64,000 nucleotides of DNA, from assembly GCA_016464795.1 (NCBI GenBank), contig JAEKNN010000005.1:65483-129482 (forward strand), written 5' to 3'. The stretch is from Candidatus Amunia macphersoniae. GTDB taxonomy: Bacteria; Chloroflexota; Dormibacteria; Aeolococcales; Aeolococcaceae. The notes under the pieces are model-generated. The model was not told the origin of the DNA. It searched no databases and saw only the letters and a list, made by a program, of their open reading frames with translations. Every line of letters begins with the position of its first letter. Position 1 is the stretch's first letter. Position numbers and translations under genes: made by a program. Shown here one piece after another: positions 52,988 to 63,277 of the stretch.

Positions 52988-54838
52988 ATGGCTCGTGACG
53001 CAGTCGCTGAGATCAAGGGCCGCCTCGACATCGTCGATGTCGTCGGCGGCTACGTCACCCTGCAGCGGGCGGGTCGCCAGCACCGTGCGCTCTGCCCCTT
53101 CCACTCGGAGAAGACCCCCTCGTTCAACGTCAGCCAGGAGCGGCAGGCGTGGTACTGCTTCGGTTGCCAGGAGGGTGGCGACATGTTCACCTTCGTGGAG
53201 AAGGTCGAGCACACCGAGTTTCGCCAGGCACTCGAGCTGCTCGCCGAGAAGGCGGGTGTCGAGCTCGAGGCGCAGGCGCAGAGCCCCGCGCGCCGCGGAG
53301 CAGCCCAGCGGCGCAAACGCACCCTCGAGCTGAACTCCCGGGCCGGCGCCTTTTTCCAGCATGTGCTCTGGTCGAGCCCGGCGGGCCGGGACGGGCGCGA
53401 CCTGCTGGCCGCCCGCGCCGTGGATGAGTCGGCGGCGCGGCGATTCGGGGTCGGATTCGCGCCCGCAGGCGGTGCCGGCGAGGACGCGTTATCGCGGTAC
53501 CTGGCGGGCCGGGCGGCCGCCACCGTCGACGAAATCGTCGAGGCCGGGCTGGGCCATCACGCGCGCGGCGGCCGGCTTCGCGACCGGTTCAGGCACCGCC
53601 TGGTGTTTCCCATCCGTGAGGAGCGCGGCGAGGTGATCGCGTTTGGGGCGCGCGCGCTCGGCGACGACGTCCCCAAGTACCTGAACTCTCCCGAGACCGC
53701 CGTCTACCACAAGGGCAGCGCGCTGTTCGGCATCGACCTGGCACGCACCGCCATGCACGAGCGCCGCGTGGCGGTGATCGTGGAGGGCTACTTCGACGTC
53801 ATGGCCGCGCACCTCGCCGGCCTTGCCAACACCGTTGCCAGCAGCGGCACCGCCTTGAGCCGCGAACAGGCCAAGGTGCTCACCCGGCATGCCGACACCG
53901 TGGTGCTCTGCTTTGATGCCGACGAGGCCGGCCGAGCCGCTGCGTCGCGGGCCGTCGATGTCGTCGCTGCCGAGGGGCTGCCCGCGCGGATCTGCATCCT
54001 GCCCGAGGACGTCAAGGATCCGGACGAGCTGGTGCGCCGCGACCCGGCCGCCTTCACGGTGGCTGTCAACGAAGCTCCGCCGGAATGGCAGGTGCTGCTC
54101 GATCGAGCGCTGGGCGGCGACGAGGGGGGCAGCATCGACGCGCGGCGGGTTGCGGCCGAACGTGCGGTTGCGGTGCTGGCGCGCATCCCCGAGGCATCGG
54201 CTCGCGAGATGTATGTGCAGCAGGCGGCGGGGCGGTTGCGCCTCACCGCCGCCACGCTGGCGTCCGACGTCGCCGCAGCGTTGCATGCGGTGGCGGCCGG
54301 CCGGCCCCTGCGGGTGAGCGTGGCGCCCCCGGCAGTCGCAGCGGCAGCCGATGCGACTGCCGAGACGAGTGCCCCATCGGTTGCGCCGGCGGCGTGGGAC
54401 GGCTATCTGGCGACGCTGTGCGTCCACCGGCCGGAGATCGCGTCCAGGCTGTCCACCGATTTCGGTCTCGACGTCGCCGCCATTCAGAGCCCGATGGCAC
54501 GGCGGATGATCGAGCTGGCCAGGGCGACGCCCCCGGGCCAGCGGTTCCCGTTGACCTCGCTGCCGGCGGCTGAACGTGACTTTGCGGCCGGTCTGCTCCT
54601 GCGCACGGTGCCGGAGCTGCTCCCGGAGAGCCGGCTGGCGGATCTGGACACCGCCATCGCCGACTGCGTGCGCCTGGTCGCCGAGGCGCAGCGCATCACC
54701 GAGATCTCCGACCTCAGCCGGCGGATGGCGTCGGCCAAGGAACGAGGGGACACGGGAGAGGTGGGTCGACTGGCTGCCCGGCTCCGCCAGCTGGCCACTG
54801 AGTCTCCGCGCCTTCGCCGCAGCGCCGGTACTGGTTGA
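52988..54838 (+). CDS. dnaG: DNA primase
   Basis: CHC2 zinc finger (CPFHSEKTPSFNVSQERQAWYCFGC). TOPRIM domain (VIVEGYFDVMA, LCFDADEAGRAA). C-terminal helicase-interaction region. Confidence 0.93.
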   Translation: MARDAVAEIKGRLDIVDVVGGYVTLQRAGRQHRALCPFHSEKTPSFNVSQERQAWYCFGCQEGGDMFTFVEKVEHTEFRQALELLAEKAGVELEAQAQSPARRGAAQRRKRTLELNSRAGAFFQHVLWSSPAGRDGRDLLAARAVDESAARRFGVGFAPAGGAGEDALSRYLAGRAAATVDEIVEAGLGHHARGGRLRDRFRHRLVFPIREERGEVIAFGARALGDDVPKYLNSPETAVYHKGSALFGIDLARTAMHERRVAVIVEGYFDVMAAHLAGLANTVASSGTALSREQAKVLTRHADTVVLCFDADEAGRAAASRAVDVVAAEGLPARICILPEDVKDPDELVRRDPAAFTVAVNEAPPEWQVLLDRALGGDEGGSIDARRVAAERAVAVLARIPEASAREMYVQQAAGRLRLTAATLASDVAAALHAVAAGRPLRVSVAPPAVAAAADATAETSAPSVAPAAWDGYLATLCVHRPEIASRLSTDFGLDVAAIQSPMARRMIELARATPPGQRFPLTSLPAAERDFAAGLLLRTVPELLPESRLADLDTAIADCVRLVAEAQRITEISDLSRRMASAKERGDTGEVGRLAARLRQLATESPRLRRSAGTG

Positions 54839-54945
54839 CCGTCCATCCGCGGAACCGCGCTGTGGCCCTCGCCGATGTTTGTGCCGCGCGCCGGTGAGGA
54901 ACCTTGGCGTGAAATGCGTGAGTGGTTCGCTGTGGCGATGATGGG

Positions 54946-56034
54946 ATGACCGCCGTGGTTGCCATCGATGCGCTTGCCGGCGCGGCGGAAACGCTGATCG
55001 TTCGCGGCAAGGAACAGGGCTTCCTCACGCCCGACGAGGTGCTGGCCGCGTTGCCCGAGATCGACGCGGAGCTTGAGGATCTCCAGAGGGTCTTTGCCGT
55101 CTTTCGCGATATGGGCATCATCGTCGTCGACGGTGACCGGGATCTCGACATCGTCGACGACAGCGACGACAGCTCTGCCGCCGTCCTCGAGGCCCCCGAC
55201 GCGGTGCCGCTCGATGATCCGGTGCGAGTCTACCTGCGCGAGATCGGTCGGGTTGCATTGCTCAATGCCGAGCAGGAGGTGCAGTACGCCAAGCTGATCG
55301 AGCAGGGTGACCCGGCCGCCAAGGATGCTCTCACCGAGGCCAATCTTCGCCTGGTGGTGTCGATCGCCAAGAAGCACATGGGTCGCGGCCTGAGCTTCCT
55401 GGACCTCATCCAGGAAGGCAACCTCGGGCTGATCCGCGCCGTCGAGAAGTTCGATCACCACAAGGGCTTCAAGTTCTCCACGTATGCCACGTGGTGGATC
55501 CGGCAGGCGATCACCCGCGCCATCGCCGACCAGGCGCGCACCATTCGTGTGCCTGTGCACATGGTCGACATGATCAACAAGCTGGTGCGGGTCTCGCGAC
55601 GGATGCACCAGGAGCTGGGCCGCGATCCCAGCGACGAGGAGATCGGCGAGGAGTTGGGCATCGCTCCGGAGCGTGTCCGGGAGATCCGCAAGATCTCCCA
55701 GGAACCGGTCTCGCTGGAGCTGCCGGTCGGCGAGGACGACGGCGCCCATCTCGGTGACCTCATCGAGGACAAGGAGGCGGTCCCGCCCGCAGATGCCGCC
55801 TCGCAGACGATGCTTCGAGTGGAGATGGACGGCCTCCTCGAGACCCTCTCGCCACGTGAGCGTCGTGTCCTCCAACTGCGTTTCGGGCTCACCGACGGAC
55901 ACGAGCGAAGCCTCGAGGAGGTGGGCCGACGTTTTGGCGTCACCCGCGAGCGCACTCGCCAGATCGAGGCCAAAGCCCTGCGCAAGCTGCGCCATCCCTC
56001 GCGCAGCCGCAAAGTGCGCGACTTCCTCGAGTAG
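54946..56034 (+). CDS. rpoD: Primary (group 1) RNA polymerase sigma factor RpoD/SigA, short Bacillus-like form
   Basis: Near-identical conserved regions 1.2-4.2 ([119 protein letters not shown]). Alternative GTG start at 54922. Confidence 0.92.
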   Translation: MTAVVAIDALAGAAETLIVRGKEQGFLTPDEVLAALPEIDAELEDLQRVFAVFRDMGIIVVDGDRDLDIVDDSDDSSAAVLEAPDAVPLDDPVRVYLREIGRVALLNAEQEVQYAKLIEQGDPAAKDALTEANLRLVVSIAKKHMGRGLSFLDLIQEGNLGLIRAVEKFDHHKGFKFSTYATWWIRQAITRAIADQARTIRVPVHMVDMINKLVRVSRRMHQELGRDPSDEEIGEELGIAPERVREIRKISQEPVSLELPVGEDDGAHLGDLIEDKEAVPPADAASQTMLRVEMDGLLETLSPRERRVLQLRFGLTDGHERSLEEVGRRFGVTRERTRQIEAKALRKLRHPSRSRKVRDFLE

Positions 56035-56113
56035 CCGACGCTCGACGGTTCATACGAACGTCCGCTCCCTATACTTCGCGTACGTTCACCCCAATCGAGA
56101 ACCACTCACTCAT

Positions 56114-56188
56114 TCCGGGTTAGCTCAGCGGTAGAGCAGGCGGCTGTTAACCGCAAGGTCACTGGTTCGAATCCAGTACCCGGAGCCA
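56114..56188 (+). tRNA. tRNA-Asn (anticodon GTT), CCA encoded
   Basis: Cloverleaf with 7-bp acceptor stem TCCGGGT/ACCCGGA, D-arm GCTC/AGCGGTA/GAGC, anticodon loop CTGTTAA, T-arm CACTGG/TTCGAAT/CCAGT, discriminator G plus CCA. Closely resembles the E. coli tRNA-Asn body. Confidence 0.9.
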
Positions 56189-56210
56189 TCAACGTTCGAA
56201 GGGGAAGCAC

Positions 56211-57209
56211 ATGGCCGACGACGCAGCACACGTTCCAGGAGGGCCGGCACCCGACATCACCCGCGCAGACATCGCAGCCAGGCCCCGCGGGACAGGTCCG
56301 GTCAAGAGGGACTCACCGGAGGTGGTGCCCACCTTCGCGCAGTTCGCCGGCAAATTCGGCAGCGACGTCGAGCTTGTCGGGCGCACGCCCGGCGATGCCT
56401 CGGCGGCCGCCGACCGCGAGCTCGTCGCCACGGGCGCTGCCGCCTCGGCGACGGCTGACCCGTTGGGGTCGCGGCCCGCGCCCGCGCAGCCCTCACCATG
56501 GCACACAAGCGAGACGATCGCTGCCGATGACGGCCCCAAATGGACCTTCGGCGGCGCGGCGGCGACGCGCGAGGTGGTCGCACCAGGTGCCGAGGACGTC
56601 GGTCAAGCGGAACTGCCGTTCGCGGCTACGGCGGCAGCGCCCCTGGCCTCGAGGCCGCTGCCACTGTTCGGCCCCGTTGGCCGAGCTCGAGCAGCGCTGG
56701 TTGTCCCGCTGCTCTCGGTGGTCACCTTGGGTGTCTACGCCTTGGTCTGGCACCATCGCATCAACCGCGAGTTGGAGGAGTTCGACCCGAAGCTCCACGC
56801 GCGGCCGCGTCGGAGCATGGTTGCCCTCCTCGTCCCGTGGCTGATCGGCCTGGCGGTGTCGCTCGCCGGCGCGACCATGATCATCTCGTCGCGCGTGGGC
56901 GTCCAGCTGCCGATCGACCTCCACGTGACCACGCTGCAGGCCGCCTGCCTGCTCGGCGGGCTCGCCGTCGTCCCCTACCTGACGATGCTGCTGCCGTTCA
57001 GCATCGTCGCCGTGGTGATGACACTCGAGCGGCTCCGCTGCGTCGAGGAGCACATCGGCGCCACCACCGACCGTCAGGTCCGTCCGGTCGGAACCTCTCT
57101 GCTTCTGGCCGTGCCGTTGGTCGGCGGGCTGGTCCTCATCGGGCTCGAACAGCGCCGGCTCAACGCCGTCTGGCAGGCGGTGGCTCCGGCTGGGCACCTG
57201 TACAGCTGA
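56211..57209 (+). CDS. Hypothetical membrane protein with a DUF4234-like C-terminal TM module
   Basis: ATG preceded by GAAGGGGA. Ala-rich cytoplasmic N-terminal half. LGVYALVWHHRINREL motif followed by three TM helices. Confidence 0.5.
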   Translation: MADDAAHVPGGPAPDITRADIAARPRGTGPVKRDSPEVVPTFAQFAGKFGSDVELVGRTPGDASAAADRELVATGAAASATADPLGSRPAPAQPSPWHTSETIAADDGPKWTFGGAAATREVVAPGAEDVGQAELPFAATAAAPLASRPLPLFGPVGRARAALVVPLLSVVTLGVYALVWHHRINRELEEFDPKLHARPRRSMVALLVPWLIGLAVSLAGATMIISSRVGVQLPIDLHVTTLQAACLLGGLAVVPYLTMLLPFSIVAVVMTLERLRCVEEHIGATTDRQVRPVGTSLLLAVPLVGGLVLIGLEQRRLNAVWQAVAPAGHLYS

Positions 57210-57656
57210 GCAGCCTGGACCCGCCGCCCCCGCCCCCCCTTCCGCCGTCCCCGCCCCCATCCGTCGCGCCGCCACCGGATGACCGCGGGGGCGGGGAGCG
57301 CCACGCCCGGCGGCGGCGCAGCGCCGTCCAGACCCCGGCGTTCGTGGACCGCATCGACGTGGCCGATGACGCGGCGGGCCGGGTACTCATCTTCAGCGTG
57401 GACGGCGACCCCGGGCGTGGCCCTGGCCGCTCGTCGGACGCGGGCAGGCTCTCCACTCCAGAGACGGGGTTGGTGGTCGATGACTCCCGTCCTGACCGAT
57501 CCCGTGGGCTCCAGCGACTCCTCGACGTCTTCGACGATCCCGGCGGCGCCGTCATCGTGGGAGCCGTCCTGGTGGTCATCCTGGTCCTCGGCCTGGCATC
57601 GACTCGATAGGACCGCACTCCATCCAACACGGATCTGTGTGTTACACTCGTCTGTT

Positions 57657-58310
57657 ATGACTCCACGGTGGTCGGCGGTCCTGGAGGACGGGCTTCTCGC
57701 CCGTCGAAGCGACGCCGAGCTGATCGCCAGGGTGCTGGGCGGCCGGGCTCCGTCCCCGGCCATCACCGAGTGCGCCACCCTGGTGTCGCGGGTGCCGGTG
57801 TGGGAACGGCGAATGCTCGGGGCTGACGGCCTCGTCCACCAGCATGGGATCAGACCGGATCGCGCCGTCCGCCTGGCGGCAATGTGGGAGCTGGCGGAGC
57901 GATGGTTCCCGGACAACCGCCCCTCGATCACGTCGCCACGAGACGCAGTTCTCCTGCTTGGCGCTCTGCGCGCCGCACCCAGGGAGCAGGTGCGCGTGCT
58001 CATGCTCGACGCCAGGCACCGCCCGATCAGCTGCGAGACGGTGGCCGTCGGCAGCATCAACAGCTCGCGGCTCACCCCTCGCGACGTGCTCTCGCCGGTG
58101 CTCCGTGTCGCCGCCGCCGCCTTCGTGGTGGCCCACAACCATCCCTCGGGCGATCCGTCTCCGTCGCGGGCGGACAGGGTGGTCACCGAGGCGCTGCGGA
58201 GCGCGGCTGCGCTGGTGGGAGTGCCGATGCTCGACCACATCATCGTCGCCGCCCGCGGTCACCATTCCTTCCGTGAGGTGGAGGGCTGGGACGCTGCCAC
58301 CGCCGCCTGA
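57657..58310 (+). CDS. radC: RadC-family (JAB/MPN domain) protein
   Basis: C-terminal HNHPSGDPSPSRAD JAMM-like motif, plus the upstream RadC core (VLMLDARHRPISCETVAVGSIN). ATG at 57657. Confidence 0.85.
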   Translation: MTPRWSAVLEDGLLARRSDAELIARVLGGRAPSPAITECATLVSRVPVWERRMLGADGLVHQHGIRPDRAVRLAAMWELAERWFPDNRPSITSPRDAVLLLGALRAAPREQVRVLMLDARHRPISCETVAVGSINSSRLTPRDVLSPVLRVAAAAFVVAHNHPSGDPSPSRADRVVTEALRSAAALVGVPMLDHIIVAARGHHSFREVEGWDAATAA

Positions 58311-58314
58311 GCGG

Positions 58315-59532
58315 TCAGGAAAACGCGTCCTCGCCGGTGATCGCCTTGCCCAGGATGAGCGTGTGCACCTCTTCGGTGCCTTCATACGTGAGCACCGACT
58401 CGAGGTTGTTCATGTGGCGGATGACCGGGTACTCGAGGGTGATGCCATTGGCACCGAGGATGGTCCGAGCCTCCCGCGCAATGTCGATGGCCGCACGCAC
58501 GTTGGCGCGCTTGGCCAGCGATACCTGCACCGGGTGGAGGCGCCCAGAGTCCTTGAGGGTGCCCAGCCGATGCGCGACCAGCCGTCCCTGGACCAGCGAC
58601 GTTGCCATGGTGGCCAGCTTGGCCTGGGTCAGCTGGAAACGCGCGATCGACCGGTCGAACATGCGCCTGGTGCTGCTGTACTCGACCGCTGCCTCAAAAC
58701 AGGCACGTCCGGCGCCCAACGCGCCCCAGGCGATGCCGTAGCGTGCCTCGTTCAGGCACGACAGCGGGCCGCGCATGCCGGTGACTCCAGGCAGCGCCGC
58801 CGTCTCTGGCAGGTAAACACTGTCGAAGTGGAGCTCGCTGGTGACTGACGCCCGGAGTGACAGCTTGCGGTGGATGTCGGAGGTGGTGAAACCCGGGGTT
58901 CCCCGCTCCACGATGAAGCCGCGCACCCCGTCCTCGGTCGCCGCCCAGACCACTGCCAGATCGGCGATCGAACCGTTGGTGATCCACATCTTGCTGCCGT
59001 TGAGAACCCAGCCCTCGCCTGCGCGCCGCGCGCTGGTTCGCATCCTGCCGGGATCGCTGCCCGCGTCTGCCTCGGTCAACCCGAAGCAGCCGATCATCGA
59101 GCCTGCTGCCATCTCCGGCAGAAACTTCTGCTTCTGCTCCTCGCTTCCGTAGGCGTGGATCGGGAACATCGCCAGCGAGCCCTGCACCGACACGAACGAG
59201 CGCAGCCCGCTGTCTCCCGCCTCGAGCTCCTCGCAGGCGATGCCGTACCCCACAGCGGAGGTTCCCGCGCAGCCATAACCGGTGAGGTGCATCCCGAGGA
59301 GCCCCAGCCCGGCCACCTCGGCGACGAGCTGGTGCGGGAAGGTGGCCGCCTCGAAATGATCAGCGATCACCGGGAGAACCCGCTCGCGCACCATCGCACG
59401 CACCGTGTCGCGGATGAGCCGCTCGTCGTCGCTGAGCAGATCGTCGACAGCGTAGAGGTCGCTGGCCGCGGGCAGCCTGAGCGTGGCCGGTGGCGATTGG
59501 GCGGTTGTCACCGCAGAATTGAAGCACGCCAC
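58315..59532 (-). CDS. Acyl-CoA dehydrogenase (glutaryl-CoA dehydrogenase-like)
   Basis: ACAD N-terminal helical, middle beta-barrel and C-terminal helical domains. Motifs GCFGLTEADAGSD, MWITNG, YEGTEEVHTLILGKAITG. Confidence 0.85.
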   Translation of the reverse strand: MACFNSAVTTAQSPPATLRLPAASDLYAVDDLLSDDERLIRDTVRAMVRERVLPVIADHFEAATFPHQLVAEVAGLGLLGMHLTGYGCAGTSAVGYGIACEELEAGDSGLRSFVSVQGSLAMFPIHAYGSEEQKQKFLPEMAAGSMIGCFGLTEADAGSDPGRMRTSARRAGEGWVLNGSKMWITNGSIADLAVVWAATEDGVRGFIVERGTPGFTTSDIHRKLSLRASVTSELHFDSVYLPETAALPGVTGMRGPLSCLNEARYGIAWGALGAGRACFEAAVEYSSTRRMFDRSIARFQLTQAKLATMATSLVQGRLVAHRLGTLKDSGRLHPVQVSLAKRANVRAAIDIAREARTILGANGITLEYPVIRHMNNLESVLTYEGTEEVHTLILGKAITGEDAFS

Positions 59533-59632
59533 CCGATCTGTCGGGACTGCGTGATGGGCGCGCTGTCGCGCGCTTGGGCCGAACGGCTACCCTCGGCCCA
59601 CCCACCAGACCAGCTCATCACGAGGATCGGCG

Positions 59633-60040
59633 GTGCCGGCGAAAGGTCGGGACATCACCTCACAGCTCCGCGAGGCCTTCGCCCGCGAGGCGGAGAGCGT
59701 GCTTCGCTGTCTCTTCTACGCCCGCCGGGCCGACGTCGAGGGGCGGGCAGACATCGCCGCAGCCCTGCGCTCGATCGCTGACGGCGAGATCAGCCAGGCC
59801 TTCGGCCACCTCGAGTTCCTCGAGGAGAGCGGTGATCCGCTTGCCGGTGGCGGCGATGCAGCCGGCGACCTGGCCGCCGTGATCGACGCCGAGGAGCGGG
59901 CGGTCGAGCGGTATGGAGAGCTGGCGGCCGCGGCCAGGGGAGCGGGTCAGGCGGATGCCGCGGACTGGTTCGACTCGCTTGTGGCGGCCGAGCAAGTCCA
60001 CCTGACTGTGCTCCGCCGGACGGCAGCCGTGGGCGACTGA
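59633..60040 (+). CDS. Rubrerythrin/ferritin-like diiron-fold protein
   Basis: Ferritin-like E...ExxH helical repeats (EAESVLRCLFYARRA, EISQAFGHLEFLEE, EERAVERYGEL, EQVHLTVL). Confidence 0.6.
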   Translation: MPAKGRDITSQLREAFAREAESVLRCLFYARRADVEGRADIAAALRSIADGEISQAFGHLEFLEESGDPLAGGGDAAGDLAAVIDAEERAVERYGELAAAARGAGQADAADWFDSLVAAEQVHLTVLRRTAAVGD

Positions 60041-60041
60041 G

Positions 60042-60605
60042 GTGGAACCGCTGCTTCCCCGGGTGGTGCGCACCGGAGCCGACTATGAGACGGAGCGCGC
60101 GGCCAGCAGGTTGCGACTGGCTGAGGCCGGCGAGGACCGCCGGGTCGATCTCGGCGGCGGCCTGGTGCTCGTCTTCGAGACCGCAGAGACGGTGCTGTCG
60201 GCATTGGAGGAGTGGCTGCGCGCGGAGCGTGTCGACGACCCCGATCGTATCGCGGCGGAGGCCACCGCCTTCTCTGCCCTGCTCGCCGGCGAGCAGGCGC
60301 TCGGGGCAACGCTCTACGTCGACGACGCCGATCCCGCAGGGCTGGCCGACAGGGTGGCCGAGCTCGAGGCCGTCGGGGCGGCGGTCTCGCTGGTCATCGC
60401 CGGGCGCCGCATCACCGCCCGCTCGGACGCTGAGGATGTTGGAGCCGGTGCCATGCCCCTGGCCTTTCCGCTCGACCAGTGGGAGCGACGCGCGCTCCTG
60501 GGTGGCGCCACGGTCGAGGTGGTGGTGGACCATCCCCGACACCGCGCCTCGGTGGCGCTCCGCGCTGAGCAGCTGCCGGCGATCAGCGTCGACGTCGAGA
60601 GGTGA
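60042..60605 (+). CDS. DUF3501 family protein
   Basis: Size, acidic composition and position immediately after a rubrerythrin-like gene match the DUF3501 context. GGGLVLVFETAETV and LYVDDADPAGLADRVAELE blocks. Confidence 0.5.
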   Translation: MEPLLPRVVRTGADYETERAASRLRLAEAGEDRRVDLGGGLVLVFETAETVLSALEEWLRAERVDDPDRIAAEATAFSALLAGEQALGATLYVDDADPAGLADRVAELEAVGAAVSLVIAGRRITARSDAEDVGAGAMPLAFPLDQWERRALLGGATVEVVVDHPRHRASVALRAEQLPAISVDVER

Positions 60606-61009
60606 GCTGGCCGGACTGGTCAGAGCCGCTGCGCCGGCTGGTTGGCTCGGTCGCGCCTGGGATGCTGGTCGTGGGCGTGGCCTGGCTGGCCCTGGCAGGT
60701 TGCGGCGACACCAGCTCCCAACCGGCGTGGGTCCCCGGTCATCCGGACACCTCCAGGCTGTCCTTCCAGACCACCGCTCCCGGCGTTTGTGCCATCACCG
60801 TCCGATACCCGAACGATGCTCCTGCGGCAATCGGGTACCTCGGCAACACCTATGTGCAGGTGGGTCGGCAGTCACACCCAGCCGCCCCCGGCGGCAGCGA
60901 GCTGGATCACTCCGGAGACTGGCACGTGTACCTGTCCGCGCCCAACGGTGACCTTCTCCTGGTGACTCCGGCTGACGCCTTCGACTACCGCCTCGAGAGC
61001 AATTGCTAG
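60602..61009 (+). CDS. Hypothetical lipoprotein
   Basis: Lipobox LALAGCG after a hydrophobic h-region. 135 aa. Confidence 0.5.
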   Translation: MSWPDWSEPLRRLVGSVAPGMLVVGVAWLALAGCGDTSSQPAWVPGHPDTSRLSFQTTAPGVCAITVRYPNDAPAAIGYLGNTYVQVGRQSHPAAPGGSELDHSGDWHVYLSAPNGDLLLVTPADAFDYRLESNC

Positions 61010-61047
61010 CGAACGGCCGCTGGACGAGCCCCTGCGAGAATGGTCAG

Positions 61048-63228
61048 ATGAGGGAGCGAGGCGGGGTTCTGCCGTTCAGCGCACTGGTCGGACAGGAGGC
61101 CATGAAGCGCGCCCTGCTGCTCAACGCGGTCAACCCGGCGATCGGCGGTGTGCTCATCAGGGGCCAGAAGGGAACAGCCAAGTCCACGGCGGTGCGCGGC
61201 TTGATGGAGTTGCTTCCCGACATCGATGTGGTTGCCGGTTGTCGGTTCCACTGCGACCCTGGCGACGGCGCCCTGCTGTGCGACGAATGCCGGACGCGCG
61301 TCGTCTCTGGCGAAACGCTGCGCACCGAGTCCCGTCGCATGCGCCTGGTGGAGCTGCCCGTCAACGCCAGCGAGGATCGCGTGGTCGGGAGCATCGACGT
61401 CGAGGCGGCGATCAAGCGTGGTGAACGTCGTTTCGAGCCAGGGCTCCTGGCCGCCGCCAACCGGAACCTGCTCTACGTCGACGAGGTCAACCTGCTCGAC
61501 GACCATCTCGTCGACGTTCTTCTCGACGCCGCCGCGATGGGCATCAACACCGTGGAGCGCGAGGGTGTGTCCCTCTCGCACCCGGCCAGGTTGATGCTCG
61601 TCGGCACCATGAATCCCGAGGAGGGGGAGCTTCGGCCTCAGCTTCTCGACCGCTTCGGACTCTGCGTGGACGTCGGCGGGCTGCAGGCGCTGAGGGACCG
61701 CGTCAGCATCATGGAGCGGGCATCCGGCGGCCATCGCAACACCTCAGAGGCTGAACAGCTCGCCCAGCAACGGCTCCGCGGGCTGATCGCGCGGGCTGTG
61801 GAGTTGCTTCCCCTGGTGCGCATCCCGCCGGCGATGCGCCAGCTCATCGCCCTCATCTGCATCGACGCCGGCGCCGTGGGACACCGAGCCGACATCGTCA
61901 TCAGCCGCACGGCTCAGACTGTGTGCGCCTGGCGGGAGGCGGAAGCGCTCGCCGAGGCCGCCGCCATCGATGCGCCGGCCGGTGTCGACGCGCTCAGCGT
62001 CAGCGCAGACGACGTGATCGCCGCCGCCGAGCTGGCGCTGGCGCACCGCCGACGAGAACGCTCGTCACAGGATGCCAGCGGCTCGACCACCTCGCCGGTG
62101 GAAGCCGCCGCCGAGCGGATGGAGGAGATGCGCCGCCAGGCTGATGCCGCCGCCGAGTCCGAGGCAGCGCCGGACCCGGAGCCCTCCGAGGTGCCGGAGG
62201 CATCCAGTGGGTCCCCCGAGGAAGGGACCGGTTCGTCGCGGGGAGACGAGGCCAGGGCCACCGACTCGCCGGCTGCGGCGACGCCCCAGCTCTACGCGGG
62301 CGACCTCTTTCCGGTGCGCAAGATCAGCCTTCCCCGCGACCGGCGCAGCCGCAAGGCCAGCGGCAAGCGCAGCCAGTCGCGCAGCCAGGACCGGCGTGGG
62401 CGCTACGTGCGCGCCGTCCAGACGGACAAAACCACCGACGTGGCCTTCGACGCCACCGTTCGTGCCGCGGCGCCGCATCAACCGCGGAGGCGCAGCGAGG
62501 CGGCCGACGCCGGCGTGCTCGATGCTCCCGCCCTGCACCTGGAGCGTCAGGATCTGCGCCAGAAGGTGCGCAAGCGCCGCACCGGAACCCTGATCGTCTT
62601 TGTCGTCGACGCCAGCGCCTCGATGGACGCCGAGCAGCGGATGCAGGCGACCAAGGGAGCCGTTCTCTCGCTGTTGCGTGACGCCTACGTCCGTCGCGAC
62701 AAGGTCTCGTTGGTGGTCTTCTCGGGGCGGAGCGCGCGTGTGGTCCTGCAGCCCACCTCGAGCGTCGACCTCGCCGAAGAGCGGTTGCAGAGGCTTGCGG
62801 TCGGAGGCACCACGCCGTTGACCCACGGCTTGGTCGCAGGGCTCAAGGTGGTGCGCACGGAGAGGCTGCGCGACCCCTCGGTGTACCCGCTGGTGGTGCT
62901 GATCAGCGACGGCCGGGGCAACATCTCCCTCTTCGGCGAGGAGCCGCTGCTGGAAGCTCAGCGTCTCGCCGCTCAGATCGGCGCCGAGCACGTCCGCATG
63001 CTGGTCATCGACTCCGCGCGCGACCACATAGCGGCCACGCCCCTCCCCCGCGTCGGCACGGCGCCGTCGCCGTCGCCGCAGGCTCGCTCACCGCTCTTCA
63101 GCGGTGGCTACGGGTTCAATGCCTGCCTCGACCTGGCCGAGCGGTCCGGCGGCGAGTACCTGGGCCTCTACGATCTCAGTCAGGGCGCCATCCTCGCCGG
63201 GGTCGAGCGCAGCCTGCGCGGACGGTGA
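61048..63228 (+). CDS. Mg-chelatase subunit D-like protein (N-terminal AAA+ ChlI-like module, acidic/Pro-rich linker, C-terminal vWA domain with MIDAS)
   Basis: Walker [10 protein letters not shown], Walker [14 protein letters not shown], sensor [19 protein letters not shown]. Linker rich in E/A/P/S. v[14 protein letters not shown] (DxSxS MIDAS). Confidence 0.8.
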   Translation: MRERGGVLPFSALVGQEAMKRALLLNAVNPAIGGVLIRGQKGTAKSTAVRGLMELLPDIDVVAGCRFHCDPGDGALLCDECRTRVVSGETLRTESRRMRLVELPVNASEDRVVGSIDVEAAIKRGERRFEPGLLAAANRNLLYVDEVNLLDDHLVDVLLDAAAMGINTVEREGVSLSHPARLMLVGTMNPEEGELRPQLLDRFGLCVDVGGLQALRDRVSIMERASGGHRNTSEAEQLAQQRLRGLIARAVELLPLVRIPPAMRQLIALICIDAGAVGHRADIVISRTAQTVCAWREAEALAEAAAIDAPAGVDALSVSADDVIAAAELALAHRRRERSSQDASGSTTSPVEAAAERMEEMRRQADAAAESEAAPDPEPSEVPEASSGSPEEGTGSSRGDEARATDSPAAATPQLYAGDLFPVRKISLPRDRRSRKASGKRSQSRSQDRRGRYVRAVQTDKTTDVAFDATVRAAAPHQPRRRSEAADAGVLDAPALHLERQDLRQKVRKRRTGTLIVFVVDASASMDAEQRMQATKGAVLSLLRDAYVRRDKVSLVVFSGRSARVVLQPTSSVDLAEERLQRLAVGGTTPLTHGLVAGLKVVRTERLRDPSVYPLVVLISDGRGNISLFGEEPLLEAQRLAAQIGAEHVRMLVIDSARDHIAATPLPRVGTAPSPSPQARSPLFSGGYGFNACLDLAERSGGEYLGLYDLSQGAILAGVERSLRGR

Positions 63229-63277
63229 CGATCGCCGGTCGGGTCGTGGGAGGCGTTCCAGCGGCGACAATGCCCTT

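Noticed and set aside
57210-57300. C/G-rich run CCCCCGCCCCCCCTTCCGCCGTCCCCGCCCCCATCC after the DUF4234-like gene, considered as a structured or repeat element
   Set aside because: It is a simple homopolymer-rich intergenic or Pro-codon-like tract. It is not repeated elsewhere in the window and has no inverted symmetry.
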